Positions 46,834 through 56,610 of a stretch of 64,000 nt of DNA are shown here, one piece after another (within the stretch, counting starts at the first letter, position 1; the number at the start of each line of letters is the position of its first letter). A model generated the notes under the pieces. The model did no database searches. It was not told the DNA's origin and saw only the letters and a list, made by a program, of their open reading frames with translations. This DNA comes from an uncultured delta proteobacterium (GTDB lineage: Bacteria; Desulfobacterota; Binatia; UBA9968): positions 143,878-207,877 of the forward strand of contig CAVSHR010000007.1 of assembly GCA_963727625.1 (NCBI GenBank), given 5' to 3'. A program made the position numbers and the translations under genes.

Positions 46834-48108
46834 TCAGCTCATATAAGTCGTCAATCGCGAGGCGCCCACCTGGCTGATGGCGCCGACGATGTCGCCGATC
46901 CAGAGATTCAATTCTGCGCGCGCCGGCGTGGGCGTGAGGCCCGGGTTTTCGCTGTCCGGGTTGGCATTGTCCAGTGCGATTGTTTCACCGCCGATGACCC
47001 GTTCTACCGCGGGCAACGTGATCGCATCGCGCGTCAGACCGGGTGTGATGAGCGCGTTGACGTTGGACGGCACGAAGGTGATGCCGGTGTCGGGATAGCG
47101 CTCCATGATGATCAACGCCGCTTTCATGCCCATTTCTTCGCAGCGCGTATAGATCATCATCAAGTCGGTGTCGACGGCGCCGCCGCCGATCTTGGTCGCG
47201 ATGATGCCGTCGGCGCCCAAGGTTTCTTTGGCCAAGCGCGCGCACAGAAAAGCATTGCGCTCTTTTTCGGAAACCGTGGCCGGCGCCACCGTCAGGACGA
47301 TGCCGGCGAACCAAAGATCGCGACCATGGCGGCGATAGAGCTCCTCGATCACCGGATGATTTTGGGCGAACCAGGTGAATGCCGAATAGGAAAACATCAG
47401 CGCGCCATCGAGAATCTCGTTGGGATGGACGATAGTCGGCATGAAGCCCTGGATGTTGCTGCCGTAGAAAACCGGTTCGTTTTGCTGGGTCGGATGCTGG
47501 TGCGAGTGCATCGGAAAAACGTAAGCGACGCGCGGCAGCTCCTTCGGCCCCTGATTGAAGGCCACCGGCGGAAGCTCGTAGACTCGGGTTTCATCCGGTG
47601 CGACATCTTTCGCCGCCCGTGCGAGATAAACGGCCGCTTTCAAGCCGGCTTTTTTTACCGCAATGCGATAGTCGTCCTTGTCGATGCCATGTTTCGGGTA
47701 AGGCAACAGGACGACGTTGTGCGTATTGGCGATGGGCGAATATTCCGTCGCCGGCCCGGTCATGTCGATGAGACTGCGCGAGCGCGGCGCAGTCTGATCG
47801 GTCTCGACCACCGCCACGTTCTTGAGCGCCCGGGTTTGTCCCTCGCCGACCAGTTCGTTGCCCTCGAGCGCGCCGGGGAAATTCGGCCCGTTCAATCGAT
47901 AGCGCGGCTCGAGCACGTCGAGCACGCGGATGATCCTGCACGACTCGCCCGGATGCGCCAGCTCGATCTCGACGCGCTCGAAGAGCGGCTCCTGCTCGAG
48001 CAGTGCAACTAATTCCTGTCGATCGACCGAGAGAACTTGATTCTCGATCGCCGTCTTCGCGCCAAATCGGACATCTTTGATTTGAATGCTGCCAAGTTCC
48101 AATCGCAT
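46834..48108 (-). CDS. grdE: Glycine/sarcosine/betaine reductase component B proprotein (GrdE-like, divergent)
   Basis: MRLELG.I.IKDV.FG, PGESCRI, IDMTGP, HPNEILDGA, QNHPVI..LY..HG. Confidence 0.85.
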   Translation of the reverse strand: MRLELGSIQIKDVRFGAKTAIENQVLSVDRQELVALLEQEPLFERVEIELAHPGESCRIIRVLDVLEPRYRLNGPNFPGALEGNELVGEGQTRALKNVAVVETDQTAPRSRSLIDMTGPATEYSPIANTHNVVLLPYPKHGIDKDDYRIAVKKAGLKAAVYLARAAKDVAPDETRVYELPPVAFNQGPKELPRVAYVFPMHSHQHPTQQNEPVFYGSNIQGFMPTIVHPNEILDGALMFSYSAFTWFAQNHPVIEELYRRHGRDLWFAGIVLTVAPATVSEKERNAFLCARLAKETLGADGIIATKIGGGAVDTDLMMIYTRCEEMGMKAALIIMERYPDTGITFVPSNVNALITPGLTRDAITLPAVERVIGGETIALDNANPDSENPGLTPTPARAELNLWIGDIVGAISQVGASRLTTYMS

Positions 48109-48233
48109 GGGCCGATCCTTATCACTTATCTATTTGGCTGGGTAGGGATGAAGATTGAGGAGACGCGATGTAATTGGCCGGAGCCGGATAAATTTCGAGT
48201 GCGCAGATTCCGGGGGCGGTCGCTTTAATAGAT

Positions 48234-49193
48234 TTAGGACTCGGTATACGGACCCAGGAAACGCGCGCCGTTGAAGTGAATGAGATGCGATGGCGCGTCA
48301 CCTACCCACACCTCTGTTTCCCAAGCGATTTCTCCAAGGTAACGGCTCATGATGACCCGATTCGGGAAGGCTGTAACATAAACCAATCCAGCAGTTGAGT
48401 TAGAAAACAGCTTGGCAAGCTCGCCGTGCCGCTTGCCATCGACTGGCCCGTGGCTGGTGACAGCTTCGACTAGCAGGAGCCAGTTCTTTCGGGTGTAGTG
48501 TAGTACGACGTCCGGCATCTTGCCATGCGAGTCCACACCGACACCAAGCCCGACCAGCAGGGAAGCGTCGAAATAGCCCCACTTGTCACCTGTGTCTCCG
48601 GCATAGACCAGCACGCTCCCCGGCGCAAAACGTGGCGCGAAGTCCTCTATGATTGCCCGGATCAGTTCGCTGTGTTCGCCGGGGCTGAGGGTGATTTCCT
48701 TACCTGGGGCGATCTCAACGGGGACACGGTTCTGCTCGCGCGCCTTGGCATAGCGGGCAACGAGCGTTTCCCGCGTGGCCATATAGTTTGTCAGAGTGTC
48801 ATGCCATGCTGGCGTCCCGAAGGTCCGAAGCAATGCCAGTGCGGTGGTTTCGATCTGATAGACCGCCTTGGGGCTATTCACCGGTCGGCTGGGCTCGTCC
48901 GGGTTGTACAGCGCGAGCCCCGCATCGCAAAACTGGTGCATGGTCTGCCGGCGGACGGTCTCGCGCGTGTTCGGTGCATACTCTTTATCGTAATATTTAC
49001 GCGCCCAGTCCATAATGGGCGTAATTCCTATGAGTGGATTCTCTGCTTTTGACCACGGCTTACCTGGAGCGAGGTTGAGCAACGCTAAAAGACAGAGGGC
49101 GGACCGCTCGTTCTGTTGCGCGCGAGGGAGTCCAAGAGAAACGAGAATCTGATGCGCGGCGTCGATGTGGCGGCTCTTCTTGTTTTTCGTCAT
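48234..49193 (-). CDS. BsuBI/PstI-family type II restriction endonuclease
   Basis: YAPNTRETVRRQTMHQF, LSPGEHS, HGKMPDVV, EAVTSHGP, IAWETEVW. Confidence 0.93.
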   Translation of the reverse strand: MTKNKKSRHIDAAHQILVSLGLPRAQQNERSALCLLALLNLAPGKPWSKAENPLIGITPIMDWARKYYDKEYAPNTRETVRRQTMHQFCDAGLALYNPDEPSRPVNSPKAVYQIETTALALLRTFGTPAWHDTLTNYMATRETLVARYAKAREQNRVPVEIAPGKEITLSPGEHSELIRAIIEDFAPRFAPGSVLVYAGDTGDKWGYFDASLLVGLGVGVDSHGKMPDVVLHYTRKNWLLLVEAVTSHGPVDGKRHGELAKLFSNSTAGLVYVTAFPNRVIMSRYLGEIAWETEVWVGDAPSHLIHFNGARFLGPYTES

Positions 49194-50671
49194 GTAGTCA
49201 GGGTTACGAATTCGTCATCGATTATCTTCTGCGTAAGTTCTCCCTGTTCTTTTGCCCATTCGCCAAGCTCGATTAGGGCGTCACGGCTCGGATATTTCAT
49301 CAGCTTGAGGTCGGTTGCATTTACCTGCGTATGGCCGTTGAAGCGCCGGAAATTCTCATCAACTGCGGTCGTGTTCAGGAACACGGTTAGCCCACGGGCC
49401 AGAGCCTGCGGCAAGCCGCGCTTATTCTGATGAAAAACGTTCAGGTGGTTCTCGAAGGCCAGCATGGGCACGTCTCCGAATGCGCCGGGATCAACCACGC
49501 TCGCCACAATTCGCCGGATTTCTTCCTTGGAAGAAAAGCGCCTTACCACGCAATAAAACCCGCTCGGATATAGCCACTTTTCAGTGCTCGCACTACGCTC
49601 GATGGCGTTGGGTTTCTTCATGCCCTCAATGGGCCATGTGATGCCGTTGCTGCCAAAATGGCTTGGATAGAGCAAGGGCACAGTGCCCGGCCCCGGCATG
49701 TCGCACAGGTGCTCCTTCAGCCGGAAATCGACTACCGGCCCAGTCGATACCTTGATACCAAGCTCGGCCAGTGTGTGCTGGATAGCTGAGGATAGTTCGA
49801 TGGCATTCTTCTTGGGCGACGTGGGTACATGAATAAAGCGCTCCGGGTCATCCGGGAACACGATCCGGTCGAACGGATGTTCGTGTGTGGTAAGGTCGGA
49901 GAACGTATCGTCGGTCGAAGTCGAAACCGTTACCGGCCCCTGTTCGCCCCCACGTTCCAGCCGGACAATGATGTTCTCCTGCAGCACTTCGTCATCCCTG
50001 AACGCCTTGCTGCGCGACTCGAACAAGTGCATGTGCTGAATGGCTGCACGCTCAAGGATGAATTCACGAAACGGGCGATAATACGGCCCATTGCAGAAGC
50101 TGCGTGGGATAATCGCCACGATCTGCCCGCCCGGAGCAGCCTGCGCCACAGCCAACGCCACAAAGGCCGAATACAAATTCACCGTCTCGATACCGACACG
50201 GCGCAGGGCCAGCCGGTGAGCTGAGTCACTGTTGATCTTCTTGTAGGGTGGGTTAAGGATAGCGTGGCTGTATCTTGGGAGTGGCTTTGCGAACAGGTCA
50301 CAGGAAAGTGCATCAGTGGCGGCGTGTATGAAATCGTCACCAAGCACGTTCGCGGAAAACGTGTCGCTGTGGTAGTTCGACAATGTGTGAACCAGCTGAG
50401 CGTGCAGGGAATCATCGATCTCGAATGCATCGAGTTCGACGCGCTGGAAGCGAAGACCACCAGAACACCATCTCTCCAAGAAGGCCGCAGCAAGCGAGCC
50501 TATACCTGCACCCGCATCAAGCAGGCGACAGTTACCATCGGCGGGTGGGAAAAGACCGGCCATAAAGGCCGCTGTTCTAACTGGAGTCAGGAACTGGCCG
50601 AACTGCGATTTTTTCTTCGCGTCCGTGTCCCTGGATAACCGTAATCGGGCTTGTTCAACCGCCGACAGCAA
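49190..50671 (-). CDS. N6-adenine DNA methyltransferase (BsuBI/PstI, Eco57I-like)
   Basis: GQFLTP, LLDAGAGIG, ILNPPY, FNGHTQVNATDL. Confidence 0.93.
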   Translation of the reverse strand: MLSAVEQARLRLSRDTDAKKKSQFGQFLTPVRTAAFMAGLFPPADGNCRLLDAGAGIGSLAAAFLERWCSGGLRFQRVELDAFEIDDSLHAQLVHTLSNYHSDTFSANVLGDDFIHAATDALSCDLFAKPLPRYSHAILNPPYKKINSDSAHRLALRRVGIETVNLYSAFVALAVAQAAPGGQIVAIIPRSFCNGPYYRPFREFILERAAIQHMHLFESRSKAFRDDEVLQENIIVRLERGGEQGPVTVSTSTDDTFSDLTTHEHPFDRIVFPDDPERFIHVPTSPKKNAIELSSAIQHTLAELGIKVSTGPVVDFRLKEHLCDMPGPGTVPLLYPSHFGSNGITWPIEGMKKPNAIERSASTEKWLYPSGFYCVVRRFSSKEEIRRIVASVVDPGAFGDVPMLAFENHLNVFHQNKRGLPQALARGLTVFLNTTAVDENFRRFNGHTQVNATDLKLMKYPSRDALIELGEWAKEQGELTQKIIDDEFVTLTT

Positions 50672-51031
50672 TCGATCTCTCCTGTTCTGTGCCCTAACCC
50701 GAAGTATACAAATAGGCCTTTGCGGATATTAATATCCGCAAAGGCCGCCTGCAAGGTAAGAGCCGATCTAAAATTACGGGGAATTTTCGAAATACTCGCG
50801 ATCGAAAAGAAGCAGATTGGTAGCACTCGGCCCGCATCGATATTTCACAATCACCGCGGCCTCAAGTTCTCGACTTCGAGGAGTCAGGATTTTGGTGCCG
50901 CCGCTTTCTTTTCTTGCCCCCGCGCCCGGCGGGACGAAAGCCGCGCCATCAAGTCGGGCAGCCGGAAGTTCCGCGATATTTGTGGCCGCGGGAGCAGGTT
51001 TTCCAGCCGCCGCTGGTGTCATTAGCCGCCA

Positions 51032-51319
51032 TCACTCACCTATGAAAGATCCGTCGGGAGCTATGATGAAAGTCTCGTTCAGCGGCACAAACGCGCTCCA
51101 ACCGCCGTCGTCGATGCCGCCGAGAACACGGAGGTTGCCGCCCGGCTGAGAATCCCAGAACACTTGGATCTCCATCTGGTATACCGCTCCCGATTCGCCG
51201 ACGACTTCCCTTGTGATCACTTCATCGATGAGCGCTCCCAGCTCGGCGTACGAGCGTGCGCGCCAGAGCAGCATCTCTTTGGCGAGCACGGCTCTTGCTT
51301 CCTGTTTGTTCATCGTCAT
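51032..51319 (-). CDS. Small conserved hypothetical protein
   Basis: RSYAEL...SGAVYQMEIQVFWD...IDDGGW...FIIAPDGSFIGE; coding-like composition. Confidence 0.65.
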   Translation of the reverse strand: MTMNKQEARAVLAKEMLLWRARSYAELGALIDEVITREVVGESGAVYQMEIQVFWDSQPGGNLRVLGGIDDGGWSAFVPLNETFIIAPDGSFIGE

Positions 51320-51421
51320 GAATTTGAACTGTGGGAAACCTCCGATGCTACCAAGGCTCGTATCGGCGCATTGCGCTACCACCCACCCGTCATTGACTCG
51401 AACGATTTGAACCGCCCAAGC

Positions 51422-52486
51422 TCAGCGCGGCGGCAGCGGGCCGGCGGCGTTGAGTTTTTTAAACAGCGCGATGGTTTCGGGATCGCGCGGCAGCTCTTTT
51501 AGAGCCTGCTCCATTTCGTCCGGCAGTAGCGGCGTCGGGTCGTCGCCGGTAAACTTTTTGTACTCCGCGGGAAATTCCGGGTCCTTGAATGTTTTCACCA
51601 CTGCGGCTTTGAGGATATCAGCCTGCTCTTTTGGCGTGCCCGGCGGTAGGATCGACGGCGTGCCGAATTGCCGGAAGGCGCGCACCATATGCAGAAGCTT
51701 CCGTTCCCTGTCCGTCTTCGCGAAACTCTGAATCTCGGGTAGGTTTTTGAAATGATCGTGTTTCAAACCTTTGGGAACCTCCATGATCACATGCGGCACG
51801 GCCTCGCCCGACTTCAACATGTCCGCGTTTCGTTTCAGGGCGGTGTCGGCATTGTTGATCCGGGCGTCAATTTCGCCGCGGGCCAAGGCGGCGTCAAGCT
51901 CGGTGCCCGAATAACCGACCACGAAGGTCGGATCTTTAATGCCGATGAGGTATGCGAACATCCGACCGACGAAATAAATCGAGTGGCCAACGGCTTGCGC
52001 ACCGATTCTCAATTTGGCAACGGAGCGTAGGTCATCGATGTTCTTCACGCCGGCTTCCCGCCGGGTCAGGAATATCCAGTGATAAGTGCTGTGCGGCGAG
52101 CCCAGGTAAATAAATTTATCGAGATCATACAAAACACCCTTTTCGCCGAGAATCGCGTTGGCAACCAGGGCGCCGCCGATACGCCCGATGGTGAGGCCGT
52201 CGGGCTTGGTGCTTTTGTAGATATGATTCGCGGCTTTGATGCCTCCGCCTCCAGGCATGTATTCCGATACGATGGTCGGGTGTCCCGGAATATGCTTCTG
52301 AAGGAACGGCATCATCGAGCGGGTCAGCATATCCGAAGAGCCTCCAGGCGACGTGCCTTGAAGGATGGTGATGGTTTTTCCCTGATAAAAGGGTGTCTGG
52401 GAGAATGCGTGGCCGGAGAAAATCAATAGCCACAATCCAAAAGCCGCGCCGGCGATAACCTGGACTCGAGTTCTTCTGGGTTTCAT
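51422..52486 (-). CDS. tctC: Tripartite tricarboxylate transporter substrate-binding protein (TctC/Bug family)
   Basis: FYQGKTITI..PGG..D, MPGGGG, KPDGLTIG, PPGTP. Confidence 0.88.
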   Translation of the reverse strand: MKPRRTRVQVIAGAAFGLWLLIFSGHAFSQTPFYQGKTITILQGTSPGGSSDMLTRSMMPFLQKHIPGHPTIVSEYMPGGGGIKAANHIYKSTKPDGLTIGRIGGALVANAILGEKGVLYDLDKFIYLGSPHSTYHWIFLTRREAGVKNIDDLRSVAKLRIGAQAVGHSIYFVGRMFAYLIGIKDPTFVVGYSGTELDAALARGEIDARINNADTALKRNADMLKSGEAVPHVIMEVPKGLKHDHFKNLPEIQSFAKTDRERKLLHMVRAFRQFGTPSILPPGTPKEQADILKAAVVKTFKDPEFPAEYKKFTGDDPTPLLPDEMEQALKELPRDPETIALFKKLNAAGPLPPR

Positions 52487-52650
52487 TGCAAACCTCCTTC
52501 ACTCTCGTCGATAGATATTTCGGCCGATGCTGCGACATCTATGGTTTTTGAAATTTTGAGGCAAGACCCCCCAGGGATTATTGGGGCTACAGGGCACACA
52601 GCCGAGCCGCGGGTTGTAGTGCCCCGGTCGAGACCGTCTAAAAATTTAGC

Positions 52651-53577
52651 CTAATCCGGAAACTGTTCTTTGATATAACAGTGCGCGGCGATGGCGGCGG
52701 TGGCGCCGTCGCCCGCGGCGGCGATCGCTTGCGCGGCCGAGTTTTCGCGAATGTCGCCGACAGCGTAGAGGCCGGGCCGCTTGGTTTGCATCGAGACATC
52801 GGTCGACACATGGCCGGTTTCGCTCAGGCCGACGATGGCTTTCAGCAATTCCGTATTCGGCTTCATGCCGACATAGACGAACAGGCCGGTCAAATCGACC
52901 TGGCTTCGTTCGTTTGTACTGATGTCGCGCACGCGCACGCCGGTCACGCAATCGTCGCCGAGCACCTCTTCGACGACGGTGCGAAAGCGCGGAACGATTT
53001 TCCCATTTTCCAAAGCTCTTTGCCGATAGGACTGTTGGGCGGAAAAGCTGTCGCCTTTGTGAAGGACGATGACTTGGTCGGTGTAATTCGTCAGCGCCAG
53101 CGCTTCCTGGAGCGCCGAGTCGCCGCCGCCGACCACGCCGACGACCTGGCCGTTGTAGAGCGGCCCGTCGCAGCTAGCGCAGTGACTGACGCCCCGGCCG
53201 ATCAACTTGGCTTCGCCGGGCACGCCGAGCTCTTTCAGCTTCGAACCGGTGGCGACGATGACGGCTTTGGCGAGGTGTTGACTGTCCGAAGTGACGACGG
53301 ACCAGAAACGGTCCTGCATCGTTAATCTCTGCACTTCGGCGCGCTCGAACTCCGCGCCGTGATCGGCGGCCTGGCGCTGCACCGTTGGACATAGATCGTA
53401 GCCCGCAATGCCGTCGGGGAAGCCGGGAAAGTCTTCGATCTTTTCGATGCTGATCAAGTGGCCGCCGGGGATGTTCGCTTCCATGATCAGCGTCGAAAGG
53501 CCGTGACGGGCGGCGAAAAGGCCCGCGGTCAAACCGGCGAGGCCGGAGCCCACAATTATTACGTCAAAGTTTGCCAT
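52651..53577 (-). CDS. trxB: Thioredoxin reductase-like FAD/NAD(P) disulfide oxidoreductase
   Basis: GSGLAG, GVSHCASCDG (CxxC), GGGDSA, GDI..QAI.AAGDG. Confidence 0.9.
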   Translation of the reverse strand: MANFDVIIVGSGLAGLTAGLFAARHGLSTLIMEANIPGGHLISIEKIEDFPGFPDGIAGYDLCPTVQRQAADHGAEFERAEVQRLTMQDRFWSVVTSDSQHLAKAVIVATGSKLKELGVPGEAKLIGRGVSHCASCDGPLYNGQVVGVVGGGDSALQEALALTNYTDQVIVLHKGDSFSAQQSYRQRALENGKIVPRFRTVVEEVLGDDCVTGVRVRDISTNERSQVDLTGLFVYVGMKPNTELLKAIVGLSETGHVSTDVSMQTKRPGLYAVGDIRENSAAQAIAAAGDGATAAIAAHCYIKEQFPD

Positions 53578-53594
53578 GGGGTACCGAATTCTTG

Positions 53595-53744
53595 GTTCAA
53601 TACGTTCAAGCCGTTCGACCGCTGCGCTCCGTTCAAGCCCCTACCTTTCTTCGAAGTTGCCCGAGACAGCTTTTCCTCCCCCGCGTCGCGGGGGAGGATG
53701 AAGGAGGGGGTTTGATCGTTTTGAACGCCTTGAACGGTTTGAAC
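53595..53744. repeat. Composite element: GTTCAA(N3) array, GC hairpin, inverted TTGAAC array
   Basis: gttcaatac gttcaagcc gttcgacc...tcctcccccgcgtcgcgggggagga...ttgaacgcc ttgaacggt ttgaac. Confidence 0.7.
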
Positions 53745-53758
53745 AAACGCATGGCGTT

Positions 53759-55420
53759 TCAGCGCCATGCGTCGATCGAAACCGTTTTCTGATAGTTGCA
53801 GCCCATGATGCGCCAGTAGCCGTTGGTTTCGCCGCCGACCACGACGACGTGAATTTCGTCGGGCTTGAACATTTTAACCATCTCGTCCGGCGCCGCTTTC
53901 AATTTGCTCGCATAGGGTTCTTCGCCAAAGGTTGCACGTGGGTAGATATAATTCTGAATCAGCTGATAGTCCCAATACTCGCCGGCGGGCATGAGCGCGT
54001 TGTCGTAAACCCACTGGATGAGTTTTTCCTTGGTGTCGAAGCCACCGCGGTCGATATATTGCCGCGCAGCGATGGGGTCGAGCAGGAAGGTCGGCGCGCT
54101 GTGCGCGTCCATGCCGCGCAGCATGTTGCGCACATGCTCGCGCCAATATTTTTCACGAACGCCGAGTGTGAAGGCGGTGGAGCGGCAGCCGGTAAAGATG
54201 CTGACCGTGCTGTCGCTTGCTTTAAAACCATGCTGTACATGGAACGGCTCCCAGGGGCTGCGCTCTTCGTTCTCCGCGAAGGTAACCGTGCCGTAGGCAT
54301 AACCGTTGCCCTGGGAGCCCATGTAACTGTCCCCGGGGATCGAGCCACCCTGAAGATTTTGCGACAGCAAACCATAGGCGCGGCCGATGGTCGCATTGGG
54401 GTGGTTGTAGGGCGCCATGGCGCCGGTGCCGGAGTTCATGCCGATTTCTTTGCGGATCGGACCGTTGACCGCGACCATCGCCGCCATGGAGCTGGTGGTG
54501 CTGCCGCGCGCGCTCACGCCGCTGGCGGCGAGGGCCAATATCACCGGAAAATATTCCGGCTTGGCGCCCGCCATCACCGCGTTGACCGCGACTTTTTCGA
54601 CGGTGAACTCCCAATGCTGGCGGAACTGATTCGAGCGTATATGCCCGGCGACTTCGTCCGGCTTGCGGCTCGTGTGTGCGAGCATTTCTTTGACTTTCTT
54701 TTCCGTCGGCAAAACGATCGGCAGCTTATCCGTCCAATTGTTCTCGAGGAACAAACGATGCATGTTTTCTTCGCCGTCGGTGTCCACCAGCCGCGGCGTC
54801 GAGCGTTCGAACTTGGTTTCTTTGAGGCGATCGCCTTCGGCCGGACGGGTGAGACCTTCGATGACTTCCTGCATCACCGGCCGGCCGCTGATCGGGCTTT
54901 TGCCGTCGACGTAGACGCGCAGCTGCTCAGCGGTCTTGCCCATCACGGGTTGGGGCACGAAGGTATAACGCGCCTCAGGCATGCCGTGCATTCGGGTCAC
55001 CGACTGGACTGCTTTCTCGAAGACGTTGGTATGGATGGCAACGGTGGGCACACCGTACTTGCTATCGAGCGCGATTGCGTGCACGGCGACCGCCGGCGCG
55101 CAGGTGCTTCAATGACCGACACCGATGATGGCGCCGTCGCCGTTGGCCTTGATCATCTCCCAGGTTTTCGGATCGTCTTTGGTATAGACGCTCGACATCT
55201 CGACGAGCTTAGTCGTCACCGAAGGCATGCGCTCGGCGAACCAATCCTGCACCTGGAGCAGAAACAGGCCTGAGTCGTCGAAGCGCGGGTCGACCAGATA
55301 AATGGTCTTGCCATCGAGGCCGTCGAGCCGCGGCGCCATCGGTTTGGGCGTGATCTTGGGCGGAAAACCGGCCGGATTGAGCGCCGACAATTTTTGCAAA
55401 CCATTCGTGTGTTCGGCCAT
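53759..55420 (-). CDS. UGSC-family selenoprotein, long form (Sec at codon 104)
   Basis: ORFs 55109-55468 and 53759-55084 are in one frame, joined by GVGH-[UGA]-STCAPAVA; C-domain WTDKLPIVLPT...TVEKVAVNAVMAG, NATIGRA. Confidence 0.88.
55084..55095 (-). promoter_or_regulatory. Putative SECIS of the UGSC selenoprotein
   Basis: CGGC-GGUC-GCCG, separated from the UGA by 13 nt. Confidence 0.65.
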
Positions 55421-55528
55421 GTGTCTAGCCTCCTCTTGGCTACTCCAAGCAGTCGATTCCCACACCAAAACTATGCGATGTCGTGAACCCGCGTCAAGCG
55501 CAAATAAGCATCTAAGATATGGCCACGA

Positions 55529-55822
55529 TCAGCTTATAACCTCGTGGACGATAAAATGACCGCCATCGCTCTTTTGGGTTTGATAGCGCGCGGTAGCTTC
55601 GCGCATCGCGTTATGGGTGGGAGTACCGCGGTGTTGAGTATGCGCTTCAACGCTGTCCCACTCGATCATCAGGATGACCCGGGTCGGGTCTTCGATGCTG
55701 GTGAAAAATTTGATGCCGTGGGACCCGGCGTAATTGGCCTTTTTCAAAATATCGCCGAACACTTGGATATATTCATCACGCTTTTCAGGCGCGACATGCT
55801 GGATAACGATTTCATGAATCAT
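55529..55822 (-). CDS. Antibiotic biosynthesis monooxygenase (ABM)-domain protein
   Basis: SIEDP..VIL.IEWDSVEAH; GGGAGG RBS. Confidence 0.85.
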   Translation of the reverse strand: MIHEIVIQHVAPEKRDEYIQVFGDILKKANYAGSHGIKFFTSIEDPTRVILMIEWDSVEAHTQHRGTPTHNAMREATARYQTQKSDGGHFIVHEVIS

Positions 55823-55899
55823 CCGACCTCCCGGTAATGATCAGGCTCGAACCTGGGTCAATGGCGTTCATTGACCGACTCGAGGACTTGAACCCCCTG

Positions 55900-56325
55900 C
55901 TAATTGATCCCGCCGGTCGTACTCGTGAAGGTGAAGCTCGTCTGCGTCCCGCCCGGTTTGGCAGCAGTGATGGTATAGGAATTTGGCGACACGATTGTAA
56001 GGGTTAACGTCACCCCGCTCGTCGGTTGGAAGCCGAAGCCCTCGACCTCGCTCATGCTGGCCGGATATACGGAATATTTGGTGAAATAACTCTCGACGGC
56101 GACAGCGGAGTTTCGGAGATCCGACTTCATCTGCGCATCAATCGCCCGGTTGCGGTAGGCGATGAACCGAGGAATCGCAATAGCGGCGAGCAATGCGATG
56201 ATCGCGACGACGATTAAAACCTCGATCAAGGTGAAGCCGGAGTTGCGGCGGAAACGAGGCTGGGTGTCATCGTTCTGGCGGTGTGTCACGTCGTTGTTTT
56301 CCCCATCGGCTGAATTGTTTCGCAT
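55900..56325 (-). CDS. Type IV pilin / prepilin
   Basis: SG|FTLIEVLIVVAIIALLAAIAIP prepilin peptidase motif with E5. Confidence 0.9.
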   Translation of the reverse strand: MRNNSADGENNDVTHRQNDDTQPRFRRNSGFTLIEVLIVVAIIALLAAIAIPRFIAYRNRAIDAQMKSDLRNSAVAVESYFTKYSVYPASMSEVEGFGFQPTSGVTLTLTIVSPNSYTITAAKPGGTQTSFTFTSTTGGIN

Positions 56326-56610
56326 CCTAGATGATCTTTAGAAAAAGCGCCAGATAATTTTGTGAATCTACCGGCTCGACTCAGTCAAGTTCCGCGCACC
56401 ATCGACCTTAAACAAGCGATTTCCAACAGGCCCGTCAGTTTGCATTTTCACCGCATAGCCCCGCGGCGCGACTCTACAAGCCGCCGGGCCGCCGGCCGTA
56501 AGTTTCCGATGCCGAGATTATCCGGCGGGTCAAAACTCCGATTTGATTCAGCCGATGGTTTGAGATATTCGCTCAAGATAGAAACAGTTGTTCGTTTTAG
56601 GAGGTCGTTT

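Noticed and set aside
55841-55898. tRNA gene (e.g. selC)
   Set aside because: Only T-arm-like hairpins are present; no acceptor stem, D-arm or proper anticodon arm
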